From contig CAZRXY010000096.1 of the NCBI GenBank assembly GCA_964604155.1, positions 5,592 to 69,591 of the forward strand: 64,000 nucleotides of DNA, in the 5' to 3' direction. The position numbers and the translations under genes are program-made. The notes under the pieces were generated by a model. That model saw only the letters and a program-made list of their open reading frames with translations. It searched no databases and had not been told where the DNA came from. Origin of the DNA: an uncultured Candidatus Cloacimonadota bacterium. Lineage in GTDB: Bacteria > Cloacimonadota > Cloacimonadia > Cloacimonadales > TCS61. Of this stretch, positions 1-9,900 are shown in pieces. The first letter of the stretch is position 1, and every line of letters starts with the position of its first letter.

Positions 1-1479
1 ACGATAGCCAAAGAGATTGAATTGGAGAACGAATTTGAGAATATGGGAGCTCAGCTTTGCAAGGAAGTTGCAGAGAGGACGCATGACAATGCCGGAGATG
101 GCACGACCACAGCGACAATCTTAGCTCAGGCAATCATAGAAGAGGGTCTTAAGCATGTAACGGCTGGAGTAAATCCCATGTATCTTAAAAGGGGTTTGGA
201 AAAGGCATCTAAGGCAGTAGTAGCAGAGATTCATGCATTAAGCAAATCGATTCAGGACAGCAAGGAGATAGCACAGATAGCTGCGATATCAGCTAATAAT
301 GACATAGAAGTTGGTGAATTGATAGCGAAAGCGATGGACGAAGTAGGCAGAGATGGCATCATCAATGTAGAGGAAGCCAAATCGATTGAAACCTATATGG
401 AGAAAGTGGAGGGCATGCAATTTGATCGTGGTTTTATTTCTCCGTATTTTGTAACAGACAGTGACAAAATGATCACAGAGTTTGATGATCCCTACATATT
501 GATGTATGATAAGAAGATCAGTGTAATGAAAGACCTTCTTCCTATTCTTCAGGAAGTAGCACAAACAGGCAAGCCTTTGGTGATCATCTCAGAGGACATC
601 GAAGGAGAAGCTTTAGCTACGCTGGTAGTAAATAAATTGCGTGGCACCTTAAATGTGGCAGCCGTGAAAGCTCCCGGTTTTGGTGATCGTCGCAAAGCGA
701 TGATGCAGGATATTGCCATACTCACTGGTGGCACAGTGATCTCGGAGGAATTGGGTCGCAAGCTTGATAGTGCTTCTATGGAAGATTTGGGATCAGCCCG
801 CAAAGTAGTGATCGATAAAGACGATACGATCATCCGTGAAGGAGCAGGTTCTCAGGGAGATTTGGCAGCTAGAGTGAGCCAGATAAAAGCACAGATAGAA
901 GAGACAACTTCAGATTATGATAAAGAGAAGCTGCAGGAGCGGTTGGCAAAATTATCAAGTGGCGTGGCAGTTATCAAGATAGGAGCAGCTACAGAAACCG
1001 AGATGAAAGAAAAGAAAGCAAGAGTGGATGATGCTTTGCATGCCACGCGAGCTGCAGTGGAAGAAGGGATAGTGACGGGCGGAGGCACAACTCTGATTTA
1101 TGCTTCCAGAGTGATAGACCATTTAAAGCTGGATACACATGAAGAGAGAGTAGGAGCCCAGATATTGAAGACAGCCTTGACAAAACCTGCCTATCAGATA
1201 GCGACTAATGCTGGAGAAGAAGGTGCCATAATCGTAGAGAAGATCAAAAAGACTAAGGATACCCATTTTGGTTATAATGCAGCAATTGGCAAATTTGAAA
1301 ATCTTTATGAAGCAGGTGTGATAGACCCGGCAAAGGTAGTTCGCAGTGCACTTCAAAATGCGGTCTCAATAGCAGGATTACTTCTTACCACAGAATGCAT
1401 AATCACAGACATCAAGGAGCCCGAACCTCCTATGCCGGCAGGTGGCGGCATGGGTGGCGGCATGCCAGGCATGTATTAA
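1..1479 (+). CDS. groEL: Chaperonin GroEL (Cpn60), 5'-truncated by the window edge
   Basis: Frame 1 is open from nt 1 ([19 protein letters not shown]...). Hallmarks include [15 protein letters not shown], full-length colinearity with GroEL, and the Gly/Met tail [12 protein letters not shown]. Stop at 1477-1479. Confidence 0.97.
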   Translation, partial: TIAKEIELENEFENMGAQLCKEVAERTHDNAGDGTTTATILAQAIIEEGLKHVTAGVNPMYLKRGLEKASKAVVAEIHALSKSIQDSKEIAQIAAISANNDIEVGELIAKAMDEVGRDGIINVEEAKSIETYMEKVEGMQFDRGFISPYFVTDSDKMITEFDDPYILMYDKKISVMKDLLPILQEVAQTGKPLVIISEDIEGEALATLVVNKLRGTLNVAAVKAPGFGDRRKAMMQDIAILTGGTVISEELGRKLDSASMEDLGSARKVVIDKDDTIIREGAGSQGDLAARVSQIKAQIEETTSDYDKEKLQERLAKLSSGVAVIKIGAATETEMKEKKARVDDALHATRAAVEEGIVTGGGTTLIYASRVIDHLKLDTHEERVGAQILKTALTKPAYQIATNAGEEGAIIVEKIKKTKDTHFGYNAAIGKFENLYEAGVIDPAKVVRSALQNAVSIAGLLLTTECIITDIKEPEPPMPAGGGMGGGMPGMY

Positions 1480-1514
1480 AAAATATCCGATTTCGGATAG
1501 ATAAGATTACGAAG

Positions 1515-1549
1515 ACAGCCGCAGGAATTTCCTGCGGCTGTTACTTTTA
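1515..1549. terminator. Intrinsic terminator hairpin between convergent groEL and the C25-A gene
   Basis: Perfect 11-bp stem acagccgcagg / cctgcggctgt (1515-1525 / 1531-1541) with a 5-nt loop, followed by a T-rich tract (tacttttat). It lies between two convergent stop codons. Confidence 0.6.
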
Positions 1550-1566
1550 TAACTTATTAAAATACC

Positions 1567-4500
1567 TTATTTTTTGTGGGTTTCTATACTAATAGGAGAA
1601 GAAATTATCCTCCCGGGAACCTGCCTTGGTTCGCAGGGGAAATGATCTATAATACCCACTATATATTGAACGATCAGAGAGGCATCATAAGCCTCCATAT
1701 TGCCATTACCATCCACGTCTCCGAGGTAGAATCTCCAATCTTCCCATGGTCTGGGGTCTATATCCGGGATAGGATCAAGCCCTACGAAATATTGAAGAAT
1801 AATGGCAGCATCAAAGGCATCTACTACAGAGCTTTCATTGACATCTGCGAAATGTATTTCACCATCATACCAGGTAGAGGCAGTATTAGAGGGCAGAGTT
1901 TCGCCGCTTTCGGTATAGAAAGCCGTAACGTAATAGCTGTACTCACCAGGCAGATAGGGTTCATGCAGATATGATAGTTCTACTGAATCGCCGGCTAAAA
2001 CAGGATTACCATTATTAAAAGCACAATAGATATTAAAGTAATCAATTTCACGAGACAGACGGCGGGTTTCCTCAGGGCTAAGCTCCCATTCTAATAGAAT
2101 GCCATTTTCCTGGGCAGAAACTGTAAGATTTTCGGGAGAAGGAATATAGCCCAGGACAATATTTTGCTGTGTGATCTGAGTCTCTATAACCTGCAGATTT
2201 TCTACCACAAAATCATCAAAACCAGCCAGAGTAGCTGTGAGAGTATATATACCAGGAGCCAGAATCACACTGTATTCCCCATAGATATTAGGATGCACTA
2301 TCTGGTTTGCGATAGAGATGGATACATCTTCAACATTTCCTGGACCATTGATTATCACATTACCACTCACATAACCGAGAGGCTCCATACTTACGCCTTC
2401 TATAAGCACATTATCAATATACCAGTAATTAATATTATAAGAATTACCGGAGAATGTGAAGGCAAAATAGAAATTTGGCGAGCCTACATCAGAATTGCTG
2501 ATATTAACGCTGCTGAGGGTAGCTCCCTGATTCTGCGGTTGATAACTGGCAGCAGTCTGCCAGGTAGAGCCATTTGAGGAGGTTTCCACGAGCAGAGAAT
2601 AGGTGCCGCTAAAGTGATTAACGTTTTGCCGGAAGGACAGGTCAAGCTCGCTGGAGCCGGAAGTAGAGAAAGGCCCGCAAACCAGTCTTTGGGTTCCGGT
2701 GACCGATGGGCTCCAATTGAACCTTGCTTCCGGCGCAGAGCCACCGGCATTTGAGGAATTATTGCTACCCCAGTTCTGTCCACTCACGAACCAGCCATCA
2801 GGAGGGAAAGTTCCCGAAAAATCTTCATCAATCAGGACAGGTATCTGGCTGATCACAAAGCTGAAACTCCCTTCTGCGGAGTAGTTTTGCCCCGCTGCCA
2901 GAGACCAGTTTATCGTGGCAGCATGCCCGGCAGGAGAATTTATGGCTGCGGAGAAACTAAATATCCCGCTGGCAGTATTGCCACCCGGGATTAAGCCCGG
3001 CATCGTGACATCATTATTTATGGTAAGGTAAGGATCATTTGTAGAAAGCGTAATCTGAGCATTATAAACAGGTGCTCCGCCATTATTGAGGAAGTTAACA
3101 AGCACATCTGCAGTTTCACCCGGATCAAGAATATTATCCACTCCGTCATTGACCATATAATCCAGAAATCCCAGATCGGGCGCATTAAGAACGATCTGCG
3201 TCAATAATTGCCACTCGCCGTCATTACAGGAAATATTAATTGTGAAAGGAGCCAGATGCCCATCAGGCGCATTATTATCTACTGTGAGGTGGAAAGGTGT
3301 AAGATTTGCCGCCATATTACCAGCGGGAATATCGGGATATGAGCTGAAATTTGAAGTCAAAGTAATCCAGGGATCAGAAGATTCCACCAAAACGGTAACA
3401 TTGCCGGCAACATCAGAGCCAATATTACTGAGCACGAGGTCAAAATCAATACTTTCGCCATAGTCTGCCTGACCATTGCCATTTTCATCATCCAGAATAA
3501 TGCTTCCAAGAGTGAGATACGCCCCATCCGGCGGTATGGGCATAGTTGTAAAAAGTATAGCAGATTGATTTGTGATTGGTCTTGCAGCGGTGGGATAGCT
3601 ATTATTGAAAGTGTATTCCAGTCCAATCAAGCCGCTTGGATCTTCAAGCCCTACTGTGCAGTATTGACCATGATTCGCCCGATATGAGCCTTGATTCACA
3701 TTATTGAAAACCTTGTATTGGATTTTTATCATACTATCCATTGTACTTGTGGGATAAAAATTTGCGTCATAGAGTACAATCTGGAATGTTTCTTCTGCTG
3801 CGCCAACCTCGTTCTGAAAGTGATCCCACTCAATAATAAAATAGTGCATACTGGGATCATAATAGGTGTATATGCCACCGGAACTGCCATTATAGATATC
3901 GTCCCAGAAAGCAGCTATCATAGGTGAAGGGCCAAGAACATCGGGGAGATGCCAGTTCATAAATGATTTGTTTTGAGTGCCGCCGGGAGCTATCCACCCG
4001 GCAGTGGCAACTGTGAACATAGAGTAATTTTGTCCGTAGAAATTAAAGGTGAACCCGGGCGGGAAATTTATATCGGCTATTTCACAATTATCGCTATTGG
4101 TAGATATCCCCACTGCACTGCCGTTACCTCCCAGACTGGGATTGATTTCTATCCAGTCATAAGTGGGAGCCTGCAGATAATCTGTATCTTCTTCATCATA
4201 GCACAGGTAACCATAGGCATCAGGTCCCAGAGGATCATTCACGGTTACAGTTCCCACATCTATGCTGAAGTGAACAGTTTGATTAAAGCCTTCGTCATTA
4301 GTGAGCAGGATATCAAAAGGTATCATTGTGCCTGGAATTGCAGTGCTGTTAAGGGAGACAGCCCAGCGGTTCTGAGAATTATCACCGTAGCTTCCTGGAG
4401 CAATATTGGCGAATTCTGCTGAGGCATTATCGATCTGAAGGAAGGGATTTGCCGTGGAGAGCAGAGCCTGAAGGATGCCGGAATCTGTATGCCCAAGATT

Positions 4501-6936
4501 ATGCAATTGCACAGAAAGCTCGGCTGATTCACCCGGATCTAAAACTGAGCCCACATTATACAAGGTGTATTCATCATGAGAGAGTCTGGGGGCTTGCACT
4601 ATCAGCTCCAGAATATCATAAAATTCTTGTCCGTTTGAGGAGATAATCACATTTAATATGATGCTAAAATTATCAATAATCGCAGGATCAAAGTAGATGA
4701 TAAAGCTTTCCTCACCTGGGATTTCTGCTCCTGGTGCGATATTTTGATAGGAAACCTCATCCAGAATGATATTTACCAGCGGTTGAGAACATTCTATGGA
4801 AGCTGTGATATCAGAGGCAGTTTGAGAGCCGGAATTGTTTATGAGGATATCGAGCTCAATCGTCTCCCCATTATTAATAATAGAATTATTATTACCGGAA
4901 GAATTCCCCAGATTATCATCATCAATGATATAATTACGCGGGTTAAGCTGCACATCTTGAGCAGAAATATTAAATGTGTCCTGGAACGACCTGTAATCCT
5001 GGGCTGTGACTGTGATAGTTACTTCTCCACTTTGATTATTATCAAGTGGCAGCCAGATTTGTCCTTCTGTATCAGTGTATCCGGTAGCAAAAATATCATC
5101 ATCACCCATAAGAATTGTCACCCAGGCATCTTCAACAGGGAAACCCTGAGCGTCTAAGACGGAAACCGGCATATTGAGAGTGCCCAAACCAACCTCATTG
5201 GGATACATCACATTAAGCTCCTGAGGAAAGCCGGTATAAAGCGTAACGCTTGGATCACCCATAAGGTTGTTCCAGTGAGAAAAAATATTTACCTGATTAT
5301 TTGGATTTTGGGGATAATTAAGGAAAAGTTTATATTTTCCATTCACTAAAGCTCCACCGGCGGAGAAGATATCCAGATTAAAAAGTGCTTCGTAGATACC
5401 AGCCGTAACGCAATTATTAAAGCAGGTATGAGTGCCGGAAGTAGCAGTTCCCACCGCAGCAATGGCACCTTTGGGGTTTGATGAAGTCCCCGCACGGGCA
5501 AAAACTTCACTAGTGGCAGTACCGGCAAAATTTCCGGTACTGCAGGTGAGTATAGTTACAAATGGCAACATCCAGCCATTATATAGATTATTAATATTAG
5601 TGATGCCAAATCCACTCATCCCAATATAGCCGCGATAACAGAAATGCAGGGTACCGGCATTGATTGCAGAGCTCATCTGAGAAGCAAAACTCCCAGAGAA
5701 AATCTCATTATAAGAGAACTGAGGATTATAATCCTGGGATAATTCCTGAACGTAACGACAGGTAGAAATGGTCGAAGGTCCCGAAGAAGATGGGTCACCC
5801 ACGAGAGTGATATTTTCAAGCCAGTTTTCGTTAACTGTATAGGGAGATTTTTCATAATTGATAGATTTTGCAATAAGGGTCTGCAATTCGGTTATCGTGC
5901 CGTAGGGCATTCTGCCCAAGAATACATCTGCCAGAACATCACCACCGGCAAGCTGGCTGTAAGGCTGGTCACCTTCGCCATTATACCAGCTCCAGGTCTC
6001 TATCCAGGTGGGAATATTATAGCTGCCTCCAACATCGCCGGCTAAAATCACGTATTCAGGTCTGTTCAGCCAGGTATTATAGGCATTTTGTATATAGTTC
6101 TTTATGGCGGTATTTGTGCTGCCGGTTTCGGCAAGACTGGCAGTGTGAATTTCAAAGCCGCGTTCGTGCTTCCAGTCCGTGAGATAAGCCAGATTAGCAG
6201 CAACCTGCGTATTTGCCGGATGAATCACCAGAATACAGGGTTGCTGAAATTCATCGCGGGAGGCAGTGAGCTCATAATTAATGATGTGAGCTTTATAAAA
6301 GGGCAAAAACGCCTTCGAGATATTGGCGTGGGAGATTAGTTCATTAGCAGCAGTTTGACGAGACATAGATATTTGAATAGAAAATTCCTCCGTGATAATA
6401 AGCTTTTTCGTCACTGGATCATACCGGAATGGACACACAGTAACAGGCACTATCCTGATATCTCTCATAATGGCGGGTTCACCAATAAATACCTGCGTCT
6501 CGGGGAAGATGCTGCCGGATCTGTAATATTCTTCATTCTTGGTAAAAATATCGCGATACGGTTCACTTTCTATCTGCAATTCCTGACGCGGATATATCTC
6601 CACATCACTGATAGCAGAGAATTCCGAAGCAGAAAAATTTAGGTGGGGCGTACCCTGGGGAGAAATCGCCACTAAAGTGGTGAAAACCGGAAGGTCAGGC
6701 AGCCCGATTTGCAAGAGGTCTCCCTCCTGAGGATGAGTAATATGCAGATACTCATTTCCTTCTTTTTGCAGAACTTCCAGATCATAGCCGTCAAGCTTGA
6801 ATTCCAGTTCTGTATTGCTTCGATCGGAAGCAGGACAATAAAAGAGCTTAGTTTCATGATCAGCAAGATTTATCCAAGCTGCATCTAAGCTGAAGATAAG
6901 CAGGATGATACTCAATAGGCATAAAGATTTTTTCAC
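1567..6936 (-). CDS. Giant secreted gingipain-like (peptidase C25 family) protein with C-terminal dockerin-like module (C25-A)
   Basis: GTG start at 6936 preceded by GGAGG, and an N-terminal signal peptide (KKSLCLLSIILLIFSLDA). C25 core motifs are colinear with RgpB: YVILAGDVGG, LPFVTILTCSTGNF (Cys motif), GDPSVTLYTGFP. The C-terminus is DVNESSVVDAFDAAIILQYFVG...GDVDGNGNMEAYDASLIVQYIVG (two dockerin-like segments). No NYPNPFNP tail. Confidence 0.8.
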   Translation of the reverse strand: MKKSLCLLSIILLIFSLDAAWINLADHETKLFYCPASDRSNTELEFKLDGYDLEVLQKEGNEYLHITHPQEGDLLQIGLPDLPVFTTLVAISPQGTPHLNFSASEFSAISDVEIYPRQELQIESEPYRDIFTKNEEYYRSGSIFPETQVFIGEPAIMRDIRIVPVTVCPFRYDPVTKKLIITEEFSIQISMSRQTAANELISHANISKAFLPFYKAHIINYELTASRDEFQQPCILVIHPANTQVAANLAYLTDWKHERGFEIHTASLAETGSTNTAIKNYIQNAYNTWLNRPEYVILAGDVGGSYNIPTWIETWSWYNGEGDQPYSQLAGGDVLADVFLGRMPYGTITELQTLIAKSINYEKSPYTVNENWLENITLVGDPSSSGPSTISTCRYVQELSQDYNPQFSYNEIFSGSFASQMSSAINAGTLHFCYRGYIGMSGFGITNINNLYNGWMLPFVTILTCSTGNFAGTATSEVFARAGTSSNPKGAIAAVGTATSGTHTCFNNCVTAGIYEALFNLDIFSAGGALVNGKYKLFLNYPQNPNNQVNIFSHWNNLMGDPSVTLYTGFPQELNVMYPNEVGLGTLNMPVSVLDAQGFPVEDAWVTILMGDDDIFATGYTDTEGQIWLPLDNNQSGEVTITVTAQDYRSFQDTFNISAQDVQLNPRNYIIDDDNLGNSSGNNNSIINNGETIELDILINNSGSQTASDITASIECSQPLVNIILDEVSYQNIAPGAEIPGEESFIIYFDPAIIDNFSIILNVIISSNGQEFYDILELIVQAPRLSHDEYTLYNVGSVLDPGESAELSVQLHNLGHTDSGILQALLSTANPFLQIDNASAEFANIAPGSYGDNSQNRWAVSLNSTAIPGTMIPFDILLTNDEGFNQTVHFSIDVGTVTVNDPLGPDAYGYLCYDEEDTDYLQAPTYDWIEINPSLGGNGSAVGISTNSDNCEIADINFPPGFTFNFYGQNYSMFTVATAGWIAPGGTQNKSFMNWHLPDVLGPSPMIAAFWDDIYNGSSGGIYTYYDPSMHYFIIEWDHFQNEVGAAEETFQIVLYDANFYPTSTMDSMIKIQYKVFNNVNQGSYRANHGQYCTVGLEDPSGLIGLEYTFNNSYPTAARPITNQSAILFTTMPIPPDGAYLTLGSIILDDENGNGQADYGESIDFDLVLSNIGSDVAGNVTVLVESSDPWITLTSNFSSYPDIPAGNMAANLTPFHLTVDNNAPDGHLAPFTINISCNDGEWQLLTQIVLNAPDLGFLDYMVNDGVDNILDPGETADVLVNFLNNGGAPVYNAQITLSTNDPYLTINNDVTMPGLIPGGNTASGIFSFSAAINSPAGHAATINWSLAAGQNYSAEGSFSFVISQIPVLIDEDFSGTFPPDGWFVSGQNWGSNNSSNAGGSAPEARFNWSPSVTGTQRLVCGPFSTSGSSELDLSFRQNVNHFSGTYSLLVETSSNGSTWQTAASYQPQNQGATLSSVNISNSDVGSPNFYFAFTFSGNSYNINYWYIDNVLIEGVSMEPLGYVSGNVIINGPGNVEDVSISIANQIVHPNIYGEYSVILAPGIYTLTATLAGFDDFVVENLQVIETQITQQNIVLGYIPSPENLTVSAQENGILLEWELSPEETRRLSREIDYFNIYCAFNNGNPVLAGDSVELSYLHEPYLPGEYSYYVTAFYTESGETLPSNTASTWYDGEIHFADVNESSVVDAFDAAIILQYFVGLDPIPDIDPRPWEDWRFYLGDVDGNGNMEAYDASLIVQYIVGIIDHFPCEPRQVPGRIISSPISIETHKK

Positions 6937-6956
6937 AAATCCTCCATTTGGTTTTG

Positions 6957-9900
6957 TTATTTTATTAAAAGCATTTTTCGTTTGGCAAGATAATCATCTG
7001 CAATACGGCAGGTATAGAAATAGATACCGCTGGCAAAACCATCCGCATTCCAGATAAGATAGTGATTACCCGCATCATAAATGGTATCTGTGAGTTTTTC
7101 CACAATCTGTCCTCTGATATTATAGATTCTTATCTCCACTGATGTATTATCTTCTTTCACACTGAAGGCAATATTCGTCTGAGGGTTAAAAGGATTGGGA
7201 TAATTACCCCTGAGCTCATTGACCATTATTATATCATTATCACCGGTAGTCACGGCACCAAAATCATAAGTGAGCTCAGTCCAGTTATCATTGTTAATCT
7301 GGATCAGAAAATTTTCCAAACCCGGATCACTGCCCATGGTTACTGGGATTCTGGCAATTAGCTCATTATCTTCATAGGCATTTGCTCTGCAGCAGGAGAA
7401 CATCCAGCCTTCGGGATTCCAGGCAAATAGCACATCTTGAGGATCAATAATTTCCGGTTCACCCAGGCTTACACTTTCCAGACCGGAAGCCATGAGCGAT
7501 AGCGCATATATACCCTCTTCAGCAATGAGATCAAAATACAATATATCTCCCTCATTAGTGCAATCCATCCTGATAGCCGTATCAGGCAGATTAACAGGGT
7601 CTCCATTCTGAGCAGGAAATTCATCAATTATGCCCACCACATACTGCAGGATCAATGAACCGTCAAAGGCTTCAATAAAATTATTATTATCCACATCGGC
7701 AGCTTCAAGACGTTCAATTTCCCAGGGAACAGGATCAATTTCCGGTAAGGGGTCAAGACCTACTATATACTGTAATACGCATGAGGCATCGTAAGAATCA
7801 ACTATCTGCGAACTGTCCACATCACCATAAATAATCCCGGTACCAATACTTAGAGTTACTGGGATTATCAAGGTCTGATTGAGCGGGTCATTGGTATTAA
7901 AAATAAGATCACAGTGATAAACAGCAGCAGTCAATTCGTCTGTGGCAGCGGTTATAAGGAGATTTTGCTCATCATTCATCAATATCTCGCCATTTGTTTC
8001 AGATATTTGAAGCCAATCTACTACTTTGCGGATTCCAATTGCCAGACCCTCCTCCAGATAATCATCATCATAAACAATCTGAAGTGCATGAAAAGCATCT
8101 GCATCTTGAAGTCCTATTGTGCAGGTGTCCATATCTCCGCTGAGCGAGTTATACTGGAACTTGATCTCTCCGGTTTCATAGATGATCACTTCAAAATCAT
8201 AGGTACCATTATAGCTGCCAGGATAATGGATAACGTTATGAAACATCACTACGAGGTGATCAGAAAAATTTTGATAATAAACCGTGCCGCCGCCATTTCC
8301 ACCAATAGCAGGATAAAGGTCATCCCAGAACGGCATAATCGCAGCCCGCGGAGCATCCTCGTCCGGCAATGATGAATTCGACCAGGCAGTATTATCGGAA
8401 GCAAAACCTATCCAGCCATTGGCATTGATGATAAATTCATCATAATCCGTGCCATAATAATTAAAACTGAAGCCAATAGGCAATGGCGAAGTACCCTCAT
8501 CATTATGTGGAAATGATACCGCAGTGCCCTCGCCGGATATATCTATCCAGTCAAATTCAATGTCGCCCATGTCGTTGCTGTCCATCCACATATAGCCATA
8601 TCCATCAGGACCACCGCTATCTCGGCTGTCATGATAATTCTTTGTAATACTCCAAAGCAGATTCTCTTCCCCGGCATTAGATATATTTATAGTCGCATAT
8701 CCGGTCTCTCCCTCTTCCAAAATAATGCTCAGCTCTTCGATATCAAGCACCATCACTGCAGGATCCGGTATGCCTATCGCAGGAAATATTATGTAATCCA
8801 GCCAGGCACAATCAGAACCGCTGGAAACATAAACATCCTTCTCATATCGCCATAAAAGATTATGCTCTCCCTGCTCTACCATAAATCCCGCCTGCGCCCA
8901 GGGTATTTCCCCAGACCACGAACCCATTTCTACACCATCGATATAGAAGCGAAGAAAGTCGTAGCCAGCTTCTGAAGATACACGATACATAAAACTTATC
9001 TCACTATTAAATAGTACATTTATATTGATTGATAGAATGCTGTTCTGGCTGTTACCTATTGAACCAGATTTTGCACTGTAAGACCCTTCATAAGCCAGAG
9101 TATTAATTATCCAATCCGCATTGCCACTAAATTCCCAGTCAAAACTGGAAAAATCACCGGTTTCAAAATCTTCTACTATCAAACCTACTGATTCCGTTAT
9201 TTCTTCTGTAAATGAATAATTATCCGCATTGCAAATGAGAGTCAGATGCACCGGAGTGCCAATCTCGATATCTGTACCCACAATAACCGTAAAAACTCCG
9301 GTGGCATTGCCGTTTGCAGATATCAGACCAAGATTACATACCGGATTTTCAATAACAAGCTCAGGATTAGCAGATATAAACTGGAGACTGGCAAAGGGTG
9401 AGTCGCTTTGACCAATATTAAGAATCTCAATTGTGACTTCAGCAATTTCTCCAGGATCCAGAATGCCGTCATTATCTCCATTATAGCTGTCATCTATAGA
9501 AATCCCGCCATAAATCAGATCAGGTGCGTTCACATTGATCTGAAAGTATGATACCCATTCAAACTGATCATCACCACTTACTGTCAAAGTGAAATTTACC
9601 TGATGCTGGTCTGGTATTGCATCGCTGATCATAAAACATACCGCTGCCGGGAGATCAATGATAGTCTCAGCAGTGATCGTGCCAATTTCCTCTTCCGCAT
9701 CAATAAATGTGATATATTCATCTTGAGTGCTTAGTGTGAGACTTGTGTTCTCTGCATCAAAATTACCCACATTATTAAGCTGCAAATCTAATGAAATAGT
9801 CTCTCCATAATCCGGCAGACCATCACCATTACCAGCAGTATCATCCAGAGTATGCCCTTGATAAACCACGTATGGCTGATCAGATACTACTATGATCATA

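Noticed and set aside
289-1592. Several 60-95-aa ORFs antisense to or overlapping groEL (289..564, 549..833, 989..1183, 1123..1356, 1395..1592).
   Set aside because: They lie fully inside or across a confidently identified gene and its terminator. They have no RBS and odd composition. The same reasoning applies to the many short ORFs nested in the other large genes, for example those within 1567-11936 and 51394-63228.
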